Below are positions 25,928-40,489 of a DNA stretch of 64,000 bases, one piece after another (position 1 is the first letter of the stretch; the number at the start of each line of letters is the position of its first letter). The translations under genes and the position numbers were made by a program. Source of the stretch: Mizuhopecten yessoensis (lineage: Eukaryota); NCBI RefSeq assembly GCF_002113885.1, contig NW_018405737.1, forward strand, positions 428,970 through 492,969. The letters run 5' to 3'. The notes beneath the pieces are model-generated. The model saw only the letters and a program-made list of their open reading frames with translations, was not told the DNA's origin and searched no databases.

Positions 25928-28750
25928 TATTTTAAGGTAGAGAGGACTTTTTCAAGGTAGGAAGAGAAATAGAGAACAAGTCGAATTGTAAAAGATATGT
26001 TCGTGTAATATTGTTTGTTTCATTTCACATCAAGGCATGTAATACATTTAAAAAACGAATATCAAGACGGAAACAGTAAAGGAGAAGTTGTAGAATTACA
26101 GACGTTCTCTGGTTCAGCGTTAAAAGCACAGGAATTATAGAAAGTACTATAAGATATGTCGCGTTCTGGAAAACGGCTCGTAAAGTTATTTTGTATTTTG
26201 AATTATATAACAAAACCACTATAGTGACTAACATAGAGGAAGATGATATTACAAACAGAATACACGTCATTTCTAAGACAGATTTTTGTGGTCGTAAAAC
26301 TGTTGTGTCATTGTGGTTGGCGTCATCATTTATCATAATAGGAAAAATACTCAGATTTTAGGGTATGTAGGCTATTTTTGTCTTTAATTCTAAACAATTT
26401 AATTTATTTATATACTTATAAAGGCAATATGTTAAAGCATGAAATAAATAAGTCTGTGTACACGTACAATTATAATACACAGGTTTTTAATGTAAGAACA
26501 CTGAAGACATTGAGTCAAAGATTAATACATATATTATACCACCTACTTACCGACTACAGTATTCTACTTTAAAACGCAATTTAGATGTTTTAAGAAATAT
26601 GCAAGCATGCATTAATTATATTTGTATCTTATTGAGAAAGGATTTGCACACTCTTTATCATAACATTGTTTCAGCACTCTATACAACTGTATAGCAATTT
26701 AAAACCCTTTTTAATTTAAATGCCAATTCATATAGAAGTCGGTGCACAAATGTTACAAAGTTGTCAGTGCTAATACAAATTATTTCCATTTGTGGTAGTC
26801 ATTTGTAAACATATTTTGTATGAGTTTGAAATTTCACAAAATGGATTTTTATATTAGCTGCAGTTTGATTGTTATGATGGCGTGGCAAAAACGTGCCTAC
26901 TGCTCCAATAAATTGTATCCTACTTTTGAACTTGTTTGTTTTTCCGACATTGATTTATTCTTGATATTATATACGGAGCTCCTATCCATGGTATCCGAGG
27001 TACTATTTTGATGAAAATAAACGATTATGACATTGCACGTTTTGTACTTTGCTTGTATTGCTGTATATTCGGAAGATCAAATAAACTTTACACTGTATAA
27101 AGAGAAGATTTTCCAGTCATCGAATAGGTGAATAAGTGTTCATGGCATTGTCTTAACTGTTCATTGTTACATATTAACAATGTATGTGTTCAATAAAAAT
27201 TCTTTACAGTTTAATATTTCTATGAAACTGTACTATTCCACAGTTTCATTCCAATTCTGACTCACTCCAACAAAGGATTTTGCAATATCATTATTTTTGC
27301 AGTTATGACTTGAAAGCATCTACAAAAATATAATTCATTACATAACTTCAAAATACATGTGGGATTATTTGACGTCATCGGTATGCAAGGGTCGAATTCG
27401 AGTTGAGACTCTTACAATGTAAACGATGTTCAACATCAGAGAGCAGAGTGTATTCAGGCACGTATTCACTATGCTATTTTATAGTAAAATTTGATATCAA
27501 TGTGACCATTGTAATCCTAAGCAACGTATCCGAGAAAGAGGAAGTCAGATCCGGAATGAGGCTAAGATTGCAATCTTACATCCTCCACGGAGAGCCTCGT
27601 ACCTTAACACCACACAACAATAAACAATAAATCATTTATTCTTATTTACTTTAATACTGATCGACATACAGACCATGTACAAAGCTACGGTCCTCGATGA
27701 ATAACGGCCTATTACCTGTCCCTCCGTCGGACTGAGAAGGGTTACTGTGCCATTACTGTTTCTTGGAGAACAGATGGCCGTCCTAGTTCGCCGGGGTCAA
27801 GTGCTCCATTTGATGCCACTAGGTCACCAAGTTATCCTGTCAAAAAAGGCGAAGTTGTAAATACTTGTAATACATTATTTTTAATAAGTACATATACACG
27901 TACATGACCCAAAGTATATGACTAACTAATTCGTAAACCGATTGCCTTTGCGTTTTCGTTTGTTTCGCTATAGGCCTTGTATACAGCAGGTAAGAGAAAA
28001 CTCCTATTCAGTTCTTTAAATGCGAAATAAAATGCTTGTCATTTATGATATATATATATACTAATATATATAGTATATATATTGGACAAATTCATATCAA
28101 CAACAGATATTGAATAATCTCCTTCATCCAGTTTAAAAGTACGTTTACAAACGAAATCGGAACTTGTACAAAACGTAAAATAAGATATTAAGAAAATACA
28201 GTCGTGTATATTTTTAGCATACAAAACAGATACCTGCAGGGTTAGAATTTGCAATTTGATCATCTTGACATCCGACAGTGTAAACCAATGTTATCGTCAT
28301 TAATGTACAACCCTTTAAATAGGTTTTTAGTTGTGTGTCAAGGAACTGTTGACGACAACGTACAAATGGTTTATTGAATACATTGATAACAATCAATATA
28401 CATATACCATATCAACTTCGAGTATAGTCTTTATGTTTTATTTTGCTATCAGATACAACCAATAATAAAAAGAAATACAAAAATTCTCGTAACGTAACAC
28501 GTGGTTTACTTATGACGTCATGGATTAACCTTGTTCGATGAGAGTCTTGTCGCTTCGATTCAAATAACATGAAGAGTGACCCTGCGTCAAACGCTCAAAT
28601 GACAACGGTTGATTATTGGCGTCAATTTGATTTAAAAAGGGCTGTTCAGCCAATGTCGTTTAAAAGACGACGCATATACAAAACGCAGTTAAATAAATAA
28701 ATAATTTAAGAACAAATAAATAAAATCAAACAATTGTTTTATAGTAAAAA

Positions 28751-28930
28751 TGTAAATATATGGATTGAACGGCGTTTTTAAAATGTTCATGCCGGTATGA
28801 ACGCAAATCGGTTACATCAATATTTAATATGAAGCCCTTCTGGGCTTCATGCAATATGGATGTACGTAACCGATTTTCGCTCATACCGGCATGAAAATTA
28901 AAACATCGCCGGTCAATCCCTATAAATGCA
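28751..28930. mobile_element. ~180-bp near-perfect palindromic element (fold-back MITE, possibly a non-autonomous Crypton-like element)
   Basis: Nested complementary blocks GGATTGAACGGCG/CGCCGGTCAATCC, TTCATGCCGGTATGA/TCATACCGGCATGAA, AAATCGGTTAC/GTAACCGATTT and ATGAAGCCC-TTCT-GGGCTTCAT. The family assignment is inference. Confidence 0.65.
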
Positions 28931-29439
28931 TGGTCTCTTGGTTTCTTCTTCATAATTACATTGTATATATCTAACCAAATGAATCTTTATTATAGTTAAG
29001 CTTTTATGAAACCAATACTAATATAAACATAATTGTGTTGATATTTTGAAATCTCAATCATTTACTGAAAAAACACCTAGTGAGTCTCATTTATAAGAAT
29101 GAAATAAAAACGTCAAAGCTATTTATAATTATCAAATAGAAGGCTATTGCAATGCCTATTTTAAATATAATAAAGTAGGAATGCTGAGAACTTTGTTTAT
29201 CTACCTCGGGTATTAGTTACTACATATTAATTGTCTAATTGTCAAACATGTCAACTTATACAACAACTTATATATCTGTATTATGAAGTAAGATGAGGAA
29301 AAACATTGACAAATTCTTCAAAGAAAACATTGACAAAGGAAACAACGGAAAGCATAACAAACAACCACCAAACATTTTGTAGAAAAAACTTAATCTGAAA
29401 GAATTAAAACAAAAACCCAAAATATACAAAAGCATAAAC

Positions 29440-29960
29440 ACAAGATCTTAACGAAGCATACCAAAGCATTAACACAAATAGACACATATATTTGTAGCAA
29501 AGCGTCAGCACACATGAACAAAGCATACCCCAGCGTTAACACAGAATAACGAAATATGCCACAACGTTCACACAAAATAACGAAATATATCACAAGCGTT
29601 AACACAAAATAACGAAATATACCAAAACGTTCACACAAAATAACGAAATATACCACAACGTTTACACAAAATAGCAAAATATACCACAACGTTTACACAA
29701 AATGATGAAATATACCACAACGTTTACACAAAATGATGAAACATACCACAACGTTCACACAAAATGATGAAATATACCACAGCGTTCACGCAAAATAACA
29801 AAATATACCACAACGTTCACACAAAATGATGAAATATACCACAACGTTTACACAAAAAGATGAAATATACCACAACGTTGTCACAAAATGACCAAATATA
29901 AAACAACGTTCAAACAAAATGATGAACTTTAACACAACGTTCACGCGAAAGAACAAAATA
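29440..29960. repeat. ~30-bp minisatellite with homogeneous centre and degenerate edges
   Basis: (CACAAAATGATGAAATATACCACAACGTTT/CA)n. Confidence 0.9.
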
Positions 29961-32900
29961 GGACACAACAATAACATAACAGAAAAAAAAATCAAACAAA
30001 AGAATAAGGCGAAGACAGATTTGACACCATAATAAAATTAAATACATTTTGAGCTCTATCTCAACCGTTTGTTTGGGTGATATCAATGAGCATTTGTTGA
30101 GTCCATTTATAGATACAAAAGATTATGTCATTTAGTATTTTTATTCAGTTTTAAGACCTTGAAACATTGAATAAATAAGCAAAACATATTTTTGTTTGAT
30201 AGATAATAGTTTCGAACGGAGTTCCATTGCATTTACTGAAGACGATGAAATATCTCGTTAACTTCCGTTTGATCTGAGGAAGGTTTAAATTGACTGTGAT
30301 GTTTTCTGCAAGTCAATATACGATAGGAACTTATGGAATAACCACGCTTGCTATGGTTTAACCTCCTTTATTGTAAAAGTTGCTAACAGACAATTTAGGG
30401 TTGGAGATATTGAAAGGTTGGTTTAAATATGAAGAGTTGTGATTGATTCAATTAGTAGATAATACTCGTATGAAAGCAGGTGTTGAGTGAAGTGCCACCC
30501 GATCTTTATCTTCATGTAAGAGTGTTGGAATGTCCTCTAAGTATAGTATTGTCCTTTCTTTAAAACTATTTTTTTTATTAAGTTAATTTTTGTAACTGTA
30601 CGCTGACGCTAAGATATAGTTTAAGTCTACCAGACTTACCAATTATATCAATAAAAAAATTAACATAAGATATTACTCATATTTTAAATGGTTCAAATAA
30701 AGTATTTATATCCACCTCATATTTGGTATTTCATTTCGACCATTAATATCTATTTCAAGACCTTGTTATGTCCGAAAAACAGGTCAGCTACCCTTGAGAT
30801 GACTAACCGGCGTGGTCACAATTTATCATGTGACAAGCATGTGAAACTTCATGTATGTCCGGAAATAAGAGACGGATGACCCATATGACTCAACGTCAAG
30901 CACACTTCTACCAGATCAGATTGATGAAACAATTATTCAATTATAAATAATCTTTTTCCGTTGTTCTAAATAGTGAAAGATTTATTGATATTTGTGTTAT
31001 CAGAGCATCTCAGAGTATATTTCTTAAAATAGAAATGTTTGAAAACGACTCGTTATATTATCAAAACGCTGATTCAACCATCTTTCAATAAAAAGGTTGG
31101 CTGCATTTAACTCTGTTTTTTGAACTCTTGAATTTTGCATTTACTCCTGTTTAAATACTGCAACAATATGGTGATCATATAGTGTAAACATGTGAAGTTT
31201 AATGTTTGGATGTTTTTTGGAGACATGTGTTTGTGTGTGTTTTGTTTGTTTTTGATTTAATCATATTTTATTGCTATAATACAGCTGGGTTGGGAATAAG
31301 TTATACAACTTATATTAAGCCCTTTCCGCGTATGTGTGTTGAGTGGTTGTCTACAGATATATATTTTTGTTATTTCTTAAACATATAATAAAAATGCATA
31401 AATGATATCATGAAATTTGGTTCAAATTATCAACAAAAGGAAAAAAGATATTTCTTTTAATGAAATAATCCCGATGTATATTTCTTCAATTTCGGATTTG
31501 ATACATTGTAAGAAAAATTCAATTTCAACCGTTTTGATTTCCAAATGTTTTTTTCTAAACAAAATAGCCTTTATGTTAAATAAAGACTAAATACACGATT
31601 GTAACATAATTTACAATTAGTTGCATACCATGCGTACCTGAACCAAAAAAGGGAAAAGCACACTTTTGCAAACGTTGTTCATTAAATTGTTCTCAAAATT
31701 ATTTGAAACAGTGATCTCGTAAATGTATATTAAACTAATAAGAACAATATATTATATGAAATAGTATAATTTCGTTGTTGGTATATGACATGCCATACTT
31801 AAACACAGTTATCCTTCATTCAAACATATTTCTAAAACATATTACGATTATTATGATTACCAGTTTACAAATTGTACGACATTCCTAGAAAAACTGTTTT
31901 TGTGGTTAATCCATGCCTTCCTCAGTGCTATGGTTTGCAGTATGTAAAATGAAGTCTTGTATCAGTTCTGACAGAAGCTTGAAGCGAAAACAGAGAAACA
32001 CAACATAATGTAGATTTATAGATCAAGGACATAGCAAATACAATAGAAAGCGATGTGAGACTTAAATAAAGATGATTTTATTAATTGTTTGCAAACGTTA
32101 GTTAAAATTATTAAGGGATCTTCGGTTTGCCCATATATGCAACAACGTGTAGTGAAATAAGTGTACTAGAATACAAAATTAACTCATTCTATCGTTATAG
32201 TGTGCATCAATATTTAACTGATCTTTCATCTAACTTTAGCCTTATTTGTTTGGATAGCTACGGCTACGTGTGTAAACATTATATTTAGATACGAAGACAA
32301 CCGCGACATTAACCAAACAACACTTTCGCTAATTGCTATTGCATATATTACACTTGACCTATAAAGTAAATATCACTTGACCAATTAGATAAAATACTCA
32401 AGACCTGTCATAAAGCATTCATGTTGAGAGATTTTTATAATCAAGCATCGTCAAAACCATTTGAAATATTCCATCCTCATTTCATAACGATTTCAGTGGT
32501 GATAATCATGTATATATATGTCAGACCGTTCGATATAATGGAATGCAATACTACCAAAATAACCTTAAAGACCTGAAAACAAAATAAGTTTTTCGTTGTA
32601 AGTGATACTTTTATATATACACACGCCTATCTGACCAACAGCCATAATGTGCTATGTTGATTAAGAAATGTACGATTGGAAAGAGTACACATATATTTGC
32701 ATAATGACTGACATAACGTAGGTCTTCCGAATAAGTTAATATATTTTTTCGTTACAAAAAAACTGAATTTATCATTCCTTTAGAAAAAAATGCTTTCAAG
32801 TGAAATAAACAAGGTCACATAAATATTTCCCGGAAATAGTATCAACAATTCCTGCTTTTTTTAGATATGAATCGTTACTATTTTTGAATTCACTTAAAAT

Positions 32901-35529
32901 TGTTATCGTTTTTGTTTTTAAATTCACTTAAATTGGAGTACTTTTCTTCCACTAAATAAAAACTAGTGATTGTCCAATTCCGGTTGAACAGCAATAGCAT
33001 GATAAAGTAAGATCTAAATTTAGCATACTCATCAAAATAGATGTTGGCATACAATAGAGTTGAGACAAGATCCCGTGATTATTACAACGTAGTCATTTCC
33101 ATACCAGGCGCCGTATACTTGACACGGGAACCAGGAAAGAAAAACACCCATTTCGTTAAGTGATGAACTGTGATACATGGTTTGATACATGTTCGGAATG
33201 TTCCCCAGAGTTTAATTGGACAGATTTTCTACTGACTGCACGAAGTTACTAGCATGTGTGCTATAATTGTCTCTTGCTTTCATTGTGTCATAAGTTTTAG
33301 TTTCTGAACAATGTACTATATTTAAAAATAAATATTGCAATTAAATATGAAAGATACAGATATTTGATAGGACATGCATGTATAAACATCTTTTTAGCTT
33401 GTTGATATATAACATACGTTCCAAAGTATGAACGCCATTTTGTCATTTTCTATTTGTAAAGAAAATCGTTATAATATCTTTATTCTAAGACAAAATACAA
33501 TAAAATACGCTAAAAAAGAATACGCGACCACCATATTGTTCATGTGTTTGTGTCGAAGCTGGGAAACATGTTTGAGCAGGAATGTTCCCAGCAAAATTTC
33601 ACACACATGCACACACCAACAGAAGTTGACCTACGCGTAGGGACAGAGGTTACTGGGGTGGTGACCCGACAAAAGGTCACTATATCTGTATTACTTCTTT
33701 TTATCTCGAATAAAATCAATTTCTCTTAAAGCAGTGGTAGCATGTGACCTTTCACCCCAGTGTACACAAATTAAACGGCATGCATATACAAGCAACAAAA
33801 CAGAAAGAGAACACAATTTTCGCAGTATTGTCAGCTTAAAATATCTTTATAAAACATTCTCCTTTTCAATGTGTTTATTATACGTTTTATCATTCTCTTA
33901 AGTGTGTAAGAAATCAAATTAAATAGTTTGGAAAGGGTTTATGTTTATGAAATACAATGAATATTATAATTACAAACGAAAACCATATGTTTCATTCTTA
34001 TGCTAACAATATGTGAAGCAAATGTAGTGCTGACTAGGAACTGTAATGGCGAGAGAACGCAGATGTGCTGCTGCACAGTTTCAAATAGGGACATTTTGAT
34101 TTTGTCCATAATCATTAAATATATACATAAGGCCTAACGGGGAAGTAATCATTAGACCAGTGGCGATAAGAGAAAGCAGTTCTCTTTGGCGGTGCTGTGG
34201 CATCCTGCGTGTTCACCACAAGATCGCTCCGGGTATCATTATAGTCGTTTTATCCATATAACTCTATACCGACCACATTCTGACGAAAAGCCACGCTATC
34301 TCCGACACTTTGGCTACGTTTCTCAATTATTACAGAAATACTCATATAGATTTGATAGATAAGTTTTCAATTTTGTCTTTTTCTGTGATCTTAGCACGAT
34401 GGAGATGGAAGTTCGGATGAACGTTGTATGCGCTGGTGTTCTGCCACAGTAAATATAGGCGTGTGAAAGAACCATATTCCAAAGCCAGTTATTAAAGTAT
34501 TAAATAAAAATAAGTTTTAAATTTTCGTAGGTTAAAAGCCAGTCTCTCATCGCTTGAGAAGTTGCCTTATCTGATTTCTAGTATGCTAGGATACAAATAG
34601 GTTAGCTCCGCAATTTTCTATTATCTTTATCACGTGGTAGAACTAAGAAGGTCGTTTATGATTTTCTGCAAAATAATTTCAATTGATAATCATGAATTCA
34701 AATTAAATGTAACTTAAAGCAAATTTGATATAAACTTTAAAAGAATTGTTTAACTATAAATTGAATTTCTAGATTGAAACAATATTAAGTTACCACTGGA
34801 ATGAAAATGATTAACGCCAGTTTACTTTCTAAGGAAGAACGCCAGCGTCATATCTGTCTATTACACATGTTGATGACAATATCTTTTATAAAGACATTTA
34901 ATTAAAAACAAGATATCAATAATATCCGTTTTGTCCTTTTACTATCTTTGTTCCAGTTCTTGATTAATTTTCATGAAACGTTGTGACTTCCTTACTTCAT
35001 TACGTCACATTGCATGTATTTATTCGGAAGCAACAATTTTTAAATGATCATTCCAACCTAGTTTAAATGCAAATGCAGTTTTATAAATTGTTAAACCATT
35101 ATTTTAACTTATTTAAACAACATATTCGAAGTTAGGATCAATAGCACCTTATCCTATAAATAAGATTATATGTTCTGATATTAATATTTGGAAACCGTTA
35201 TTGTTTGAAAAATCCTTAACGTTGTAAAAAATAAACAACAGTTTCTACATTGCTTACCCTCCATTTGTTAAATATAATTCAGCATAATTCGTGCTGTAAT
35301 TTGTAAAGAATACATAAGTACACCAAAAGGTAGAGTAAAGTATGTCAAGATATATATATTTCTCCTTTTACTGGTTTATATATAATGTTAGTACCAATGT
35401 ATTTCATACCTGCGAACACGTTTATATGCAAGCCTTTATGTCAAATTCATTTTGTAAGGAATTTACTCCTGGAATAACATTTCTACCTTATCACCTCATG
35501 CTATCAAAGCATATTATTCTGCCATGTTA

Positions 35530-35735
35530 TTAAATAATAAAATTGCTACAATGGATATTCGTTTATAAAACGAAACATTTCCTTGGTACGATTCTGCCAT
35601 TTTATTTAATAATAAAATAGCTACTTTCGTTTATAAAACGAAACATTTCCTTGGTACGATTCTGCCATTTTTGTTTAATAATAAAATAGCTACAATGGAT
35701 ATTTGTTTATAAAACGAAACATTTCCTAAGTACGA
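35530..35735. repeat. ~70-bp tandem triplication
   Basis: GTTTATAAAACGAAACATTTCCTTGGTACGATTCTGCCATTT... repeated about 3 times. Confidence 0.85.
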
Positions 35736-35769
35736 CACAGGGTCAAAATAAACTTTTGAAATAAAATCA

Positions 35770-35955
35770 AAGCACAAAATATGCCAGCGTGTGGACACCA
35801 AAGGGAAAATATACCATAGAACCACTTCTCAAGGACAAAATGTACCTGCGCGTCAACATCCATGGGAAACATTCAATGACAAAATGTACCTGCGCGTCAA
35901 CATCGATCCATGGGCCATCATTCAAGGACAAAATATGCAATTGTGTCAACGCATA
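35770..35955. repeat. Degenerate ~30-40-bp repeat (GACAAAATGTACCTGCGCGTCAACA)
   Basis: Exact duplication of GACAAAATGTACCTGCGCGTCAACATC plus diverged neighbouring units. Confidence 0.7.
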
Positions 35956-37599
35956 CGGATTCATGTACCGAAAGCTCTATCAAAAGACAAAGAACGCAAT
36001 AAAACATAGAACCAACTATAGAACAAAGTTTAACAAAGTTTCAAACTATAAGGACAAAAATCAGAAACCAATTAACACACAAAAAATGAAAGGCTTCATA
36101 TTTACTTTGGTAGCAACATACGGGGTATCTTGACTTTAATCTTTTATCACACCATATGTCGCATCCGACATGACCTAATCAATTCAAGGTAGCCAGCGAG
36201 GGAGAAAATCCTTTTATTCTGCTGCTATGATAATATGAAATAGGTAATGTTTTGCAATGATGATTGCATGTTCTGTTATTCTACAGCATTTTCAGCATAA
36301 CATAATGTTTATTCACATTGAGAATATATAGCACTCACTGTATTGGTGAGCATGATTTCCTAGGTTTTATACACAGGATCTCATATTAAGGAAATCTATA
36401 CTACGTTCATTTAACATTTTAAGTAATGAGCATTAGACTAACCTAACATTTCGTCATGGCAGCATTTCTATTTCATTTTTGTTTCTAAAATAACTTCATA
36501 CGCACACCTTTTATCTCTGATGTAAGGCATGTGTCAGCAAAATTGTCAAACTGAATGTATTTGTAACTTTTGTAATCATTCATTTGGTATACTCACGAGT
36601 AAATGATGAATTAAATGAGCGCTATCAACAACTGTTATAAATAAAATTCATATTTTTTAAAATTTGGTATGACGGGTAATATTACGCCTAGATATTACAA
36701 ATAGAAATTATGAATTACATTATCGTTTATATTAATAACAAAAACAAAATTTCAATTTTGAAAATAATCAGATTGTTAAAAATGCAGCAATTCAATACAT
36801 ATTACAAAGAATTTTTATACATTATAAGTATAACAGGAATCACTGTTCATCTGCATTCAATACTGGCGTTTTCCATTGCATACAACATGACATAACCATA
36901 TGGTCGATGCGTTGGCATTATACTAGTTAGTTACAGGAAACAAATGAGCGAAACAAAAAATATATCACGAGTAAAGTGGTGACAAAGTTTGGCATCGTTA
37001 TACTTATTGAGGAATCGACATGTGCAACACATGGTACTCATTAAGGGGCAGACTCGTTGTTTTTGTAGCTCTAGTTCTCCTTAGGATAGACTCTTTTGTA
37101 CATGTGTACTTACGGTAACCATTCCTTCTTCTTATTGATAGAGAAACTCGTTGTTTCTATATCAAGGACCCAGTAATGTAGGACCGCGTCCATATATCGA
37201 GTGTTGATTCTGGTAGTGACACGTTATACCTATACTCAGTTTTTATTAGGATAGATATTCGTCTTTTATGTACCTGGTGTTTATTGCGTGTTGTCCGCTA
37301 TTAGGATTCGTAAAAGAGTATAGCATGTACTCACTAAAGTAGGAATTCGTTGTTACATAAAAAGTAGTGTAACGATAACATAACAAGTTGGTGAGTTTTT
37401 GGAGAACCATAAAAAGCGTGTTAGAATAAGCCTAGATTACGATATATGGAATTGCAAACGGCTAAATTTCTAGACCAGTGCATGAACATGTAGATACAAT
37501 TTAACTTAAAATCGATAACACTAGGACGAGATATGAAGAAAGAAAACAAATAACAAAAGGAGCATTGGAAAAAACAGAGAAAAAAAAAGAAAAAATAAG

Positions 37600-37660
37600 A
37601 CCAGGTGTTCCAGAAGGGAAAGCGTCTTATGCTTCATGGAAGACGCCCGCCATATTGATT
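37600..37660. mobile_element. Decayed interspersed repeat, probably a Penelope-associated terminal region; related copies at ~23985-24045, ~42315-42365 and ~58220-58275
   Basis: Four copies align by eye to approximately CAGGTGTTCCGGAAGGGTAAGCGTTTCCTGCTCCAT..GTGACACCCGCCATATT, each after an A/C-rich leader. The Penelope link is from recollection of bivalve repeats and is unverified. Confidence 0.5.
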
Positions 37661-38504
37661 AAGATTAAATCGAGGATTGTCACGTCCTCAAGTCACAAGG
37701 CATACTAATGAGCATAATCAAAAACGACATTGGAGTCACCAAGACTACATTGTCAATGAGAGAGCGCCTATGCATCATAACATTTACCTTAGTCAGTTGA
37801 ATCTATGATCAACTTCGAAACGTGAACAACTACACGTCACTATCAGTTAATGAGGGCAGCCTTTTTTAATTATTATGTTTGCTCTTTTGATAAGACATTA
37901 TAATTGCTTGGGATCTTTTAATGATATTGCTTTCCATCAATACGGATGTTTTCCGCAGACATCACGTAAGCATACTTATATTTTGATTTTATACAATTTT
38001 TGCTTTTTTAATCTTGCAAAGAAACAAGACGAAAGTTACCACATTTGCCATTTGAATGATACCTAAACCTTTTAAAGGTCTGACTGGACGTCGGATATAA
38101 CATCAGACGGTTTCGTCTTGAAACACCAATTCGCAAACAAAAAGTAGACGAGTATGAAGGAATCTGTTACTACACATATTTTGGCTGCGAATATAGTCCT
38201 GGTGATATTGTTTTCTGTTTTTCCGGTATTTTTTTTATAAGTCCAAGCAACATTGTCGTTCCGCTGTGCCGACCAGACAATAATTTGAAGCAAACTTATT
38301 AAAAGACGCATTTAATCATTTCTGTCCATCTCCGTATTAAAACACCAACACAAACTTTTTGCGAATAAAAAAAAGAGAAAAAAAGAGGAGTCTGGCTTAT
38401 GTACGCCTTTTCTCCGAAAGGAATGCTATAAACGATGTTATAATCTGATTTTGTTACAAAAACCTCTGAAAAATTGGACTCTGATACTGTACCACAGTAT
38501 ACAT

Positions 38505-38915
38505 CAAAACATATACCACAGCATTACTAGACATGAATAATATATATTATAACACTACGCCAATAGAAATAGACAAAAATAAAACAACACTGCCTCCATA
38601 AACAGGAACAAATCATTAACAACACACCGTCGACAAACAGGACAAATTATATACTTCAGCGTCATTAGACGGGAACAAAAGATATACCATAGCGTCAAAA
38701 AAAAAAAGAAAAAAACCCCACAATATACCGTAGCGTCAATAGCATGGACAAAAATATACCACAGTTTCCAAAGGGAAGAACAAAATATAAACCACACAGC
38801 GTCAACGAGCAAGGACAAATTATATACTTCAGCGTCATTAGACAGGAACAATAGATATACCGTAGCGTCATTAGCAAGGACAAAAATATACCACAGCGTA
38901 AACAGACAAGACAAG
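38505..38915. repeat. Degenerate ~30-bp minisatellite (CAAAAATATACCACAGCGTCA...GGA)
   Basis: About 12 diverged units; GGACAAATTATATACTTCAGCGTCATTAGAC occurs twice exactly. Confidence 0.8.
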
Positions 38916-40489
38916 AATTTGACCTCAAAGTTAACAAGTAACGACAACAACAGGAACCGAGGAAACAACCAAATGAATAGTAATACCTAACAAAATTCAA
39001 GAAAAATTGGACACGAAATCAAATGTAGCCCATGAATCATTTTTTATCTGTACTGTATGTGTCTTTCGTCGTATTCTAGAAAGTATACAAGTGAGCACCA
39101 GTGACAGTTTTCATGATGGGTTTCATTTTTTTCGTATTTCATTTCTGGGAAATACTACATAGTTTATCTAACATTTAAGAAATTATTTCTATGTAAATTG
39201 TATTATCTACAATATACCTGGAAACAATTGACATATAATCAAGTATTATATTCAGTTTGTCATAAGAATTTAGTGTTGGGTTTTTTAAAATTATTAAAAA
39301 TAATTGAACTGTGACTCGTGAGCCGAGGGATTACGTAAAATAACGATTTAACAGTAGTAGGAACTGTCCTAATATAGCGCATACACAAGAAGGATGTTGT
39401 TAAGTTGGGGGCAAGTTTAAGAAAGAAGTTGACTGCGCAAAACACGACCAATAGTTTTAAACAGATATGCAGTTTTATGTTCATAAACACATGTATGGGT
39501 ATTGAAACTAAGACATTCAAACTGTTTTATTTGTATCAGGACATTAATTTAGCGTTAGGTCTGTGTTTGATTGGACGCAACATTTCTAATCGGTGAAACG
39601 TATCTAAAGCTAACGATCGCTCTACCTAATTCTCGAATTGCTTTCCGAGGAAATATAATTTGTAAAATAAATCACCCCAAGATAAATTCCGCTGCGATTT
39701 GATATTTTTTCTGCTGCTAGCAAATCAACTGAGATTGCGCCTATGATATAAATGTCATACATATGCTAGATTGATCTATCAATCAAACTGTATCAGTCAA
39801 AATGCTTCGCATCGTTATTGACTTTCCAATGTGAACCTTTTTGAAGACTTAACGAATTAAATATGAACTGATCAACTCAAAGATCTTCAGAAGGAGATCA
39901 AAACACATTAACGGCTGTCAGCCTATCAGGAAATACTCCGAAACTTAAATACTCTAATGTTGATTTAACACAGTAAACTGTAAAACATCTGGTTTAATTA
40001 CACCATTGGCATTTACAGATGAACACATCAAGTTATCAAAACCAAGGATACAAATCAAATTAAATAATATTGCTTAAACTATCAGGAAGGAATACCAATT
40101 CTTTATTTGTAAGAAGTAACATAAGTACGGTTGTACACACGGGGAGATAAGGTAAGTCCTTAACTAATATGTGTACCGATTTGGCTTGTAAACGTTTGAT
40201 GATGTTTCCTTATATCAGCTTATATATGAGTTCGTGTTGTAATAAACAAAAGTGCAAGGTATTACCTTCAGCTGACACGTCTGATAGAATTGGCACATCC
40301 ATTTTGTTTTAATCCATAAAATAACTGCTAAATGTAGCGGCAAAACTATTAAACATTATAACTCGTTCCATATTTTGATTCCTTGTTAATTGGATTTGAA
40401 ATATTGATAAATATTATTTGTTATATTTGTGACAATCTGATTGACACATGCAATTTTACAATTTTGTAATTGATATAGTATGCCAAAAA

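Noticed and set aside
25431-25940. Repetitive ORFs on both strands (also 29390-29995, 38555-39000, 60780-61929, 62683-63297)
   Set aside because: By-products of tandem repeats with few stops; no start or splice context and no domains.
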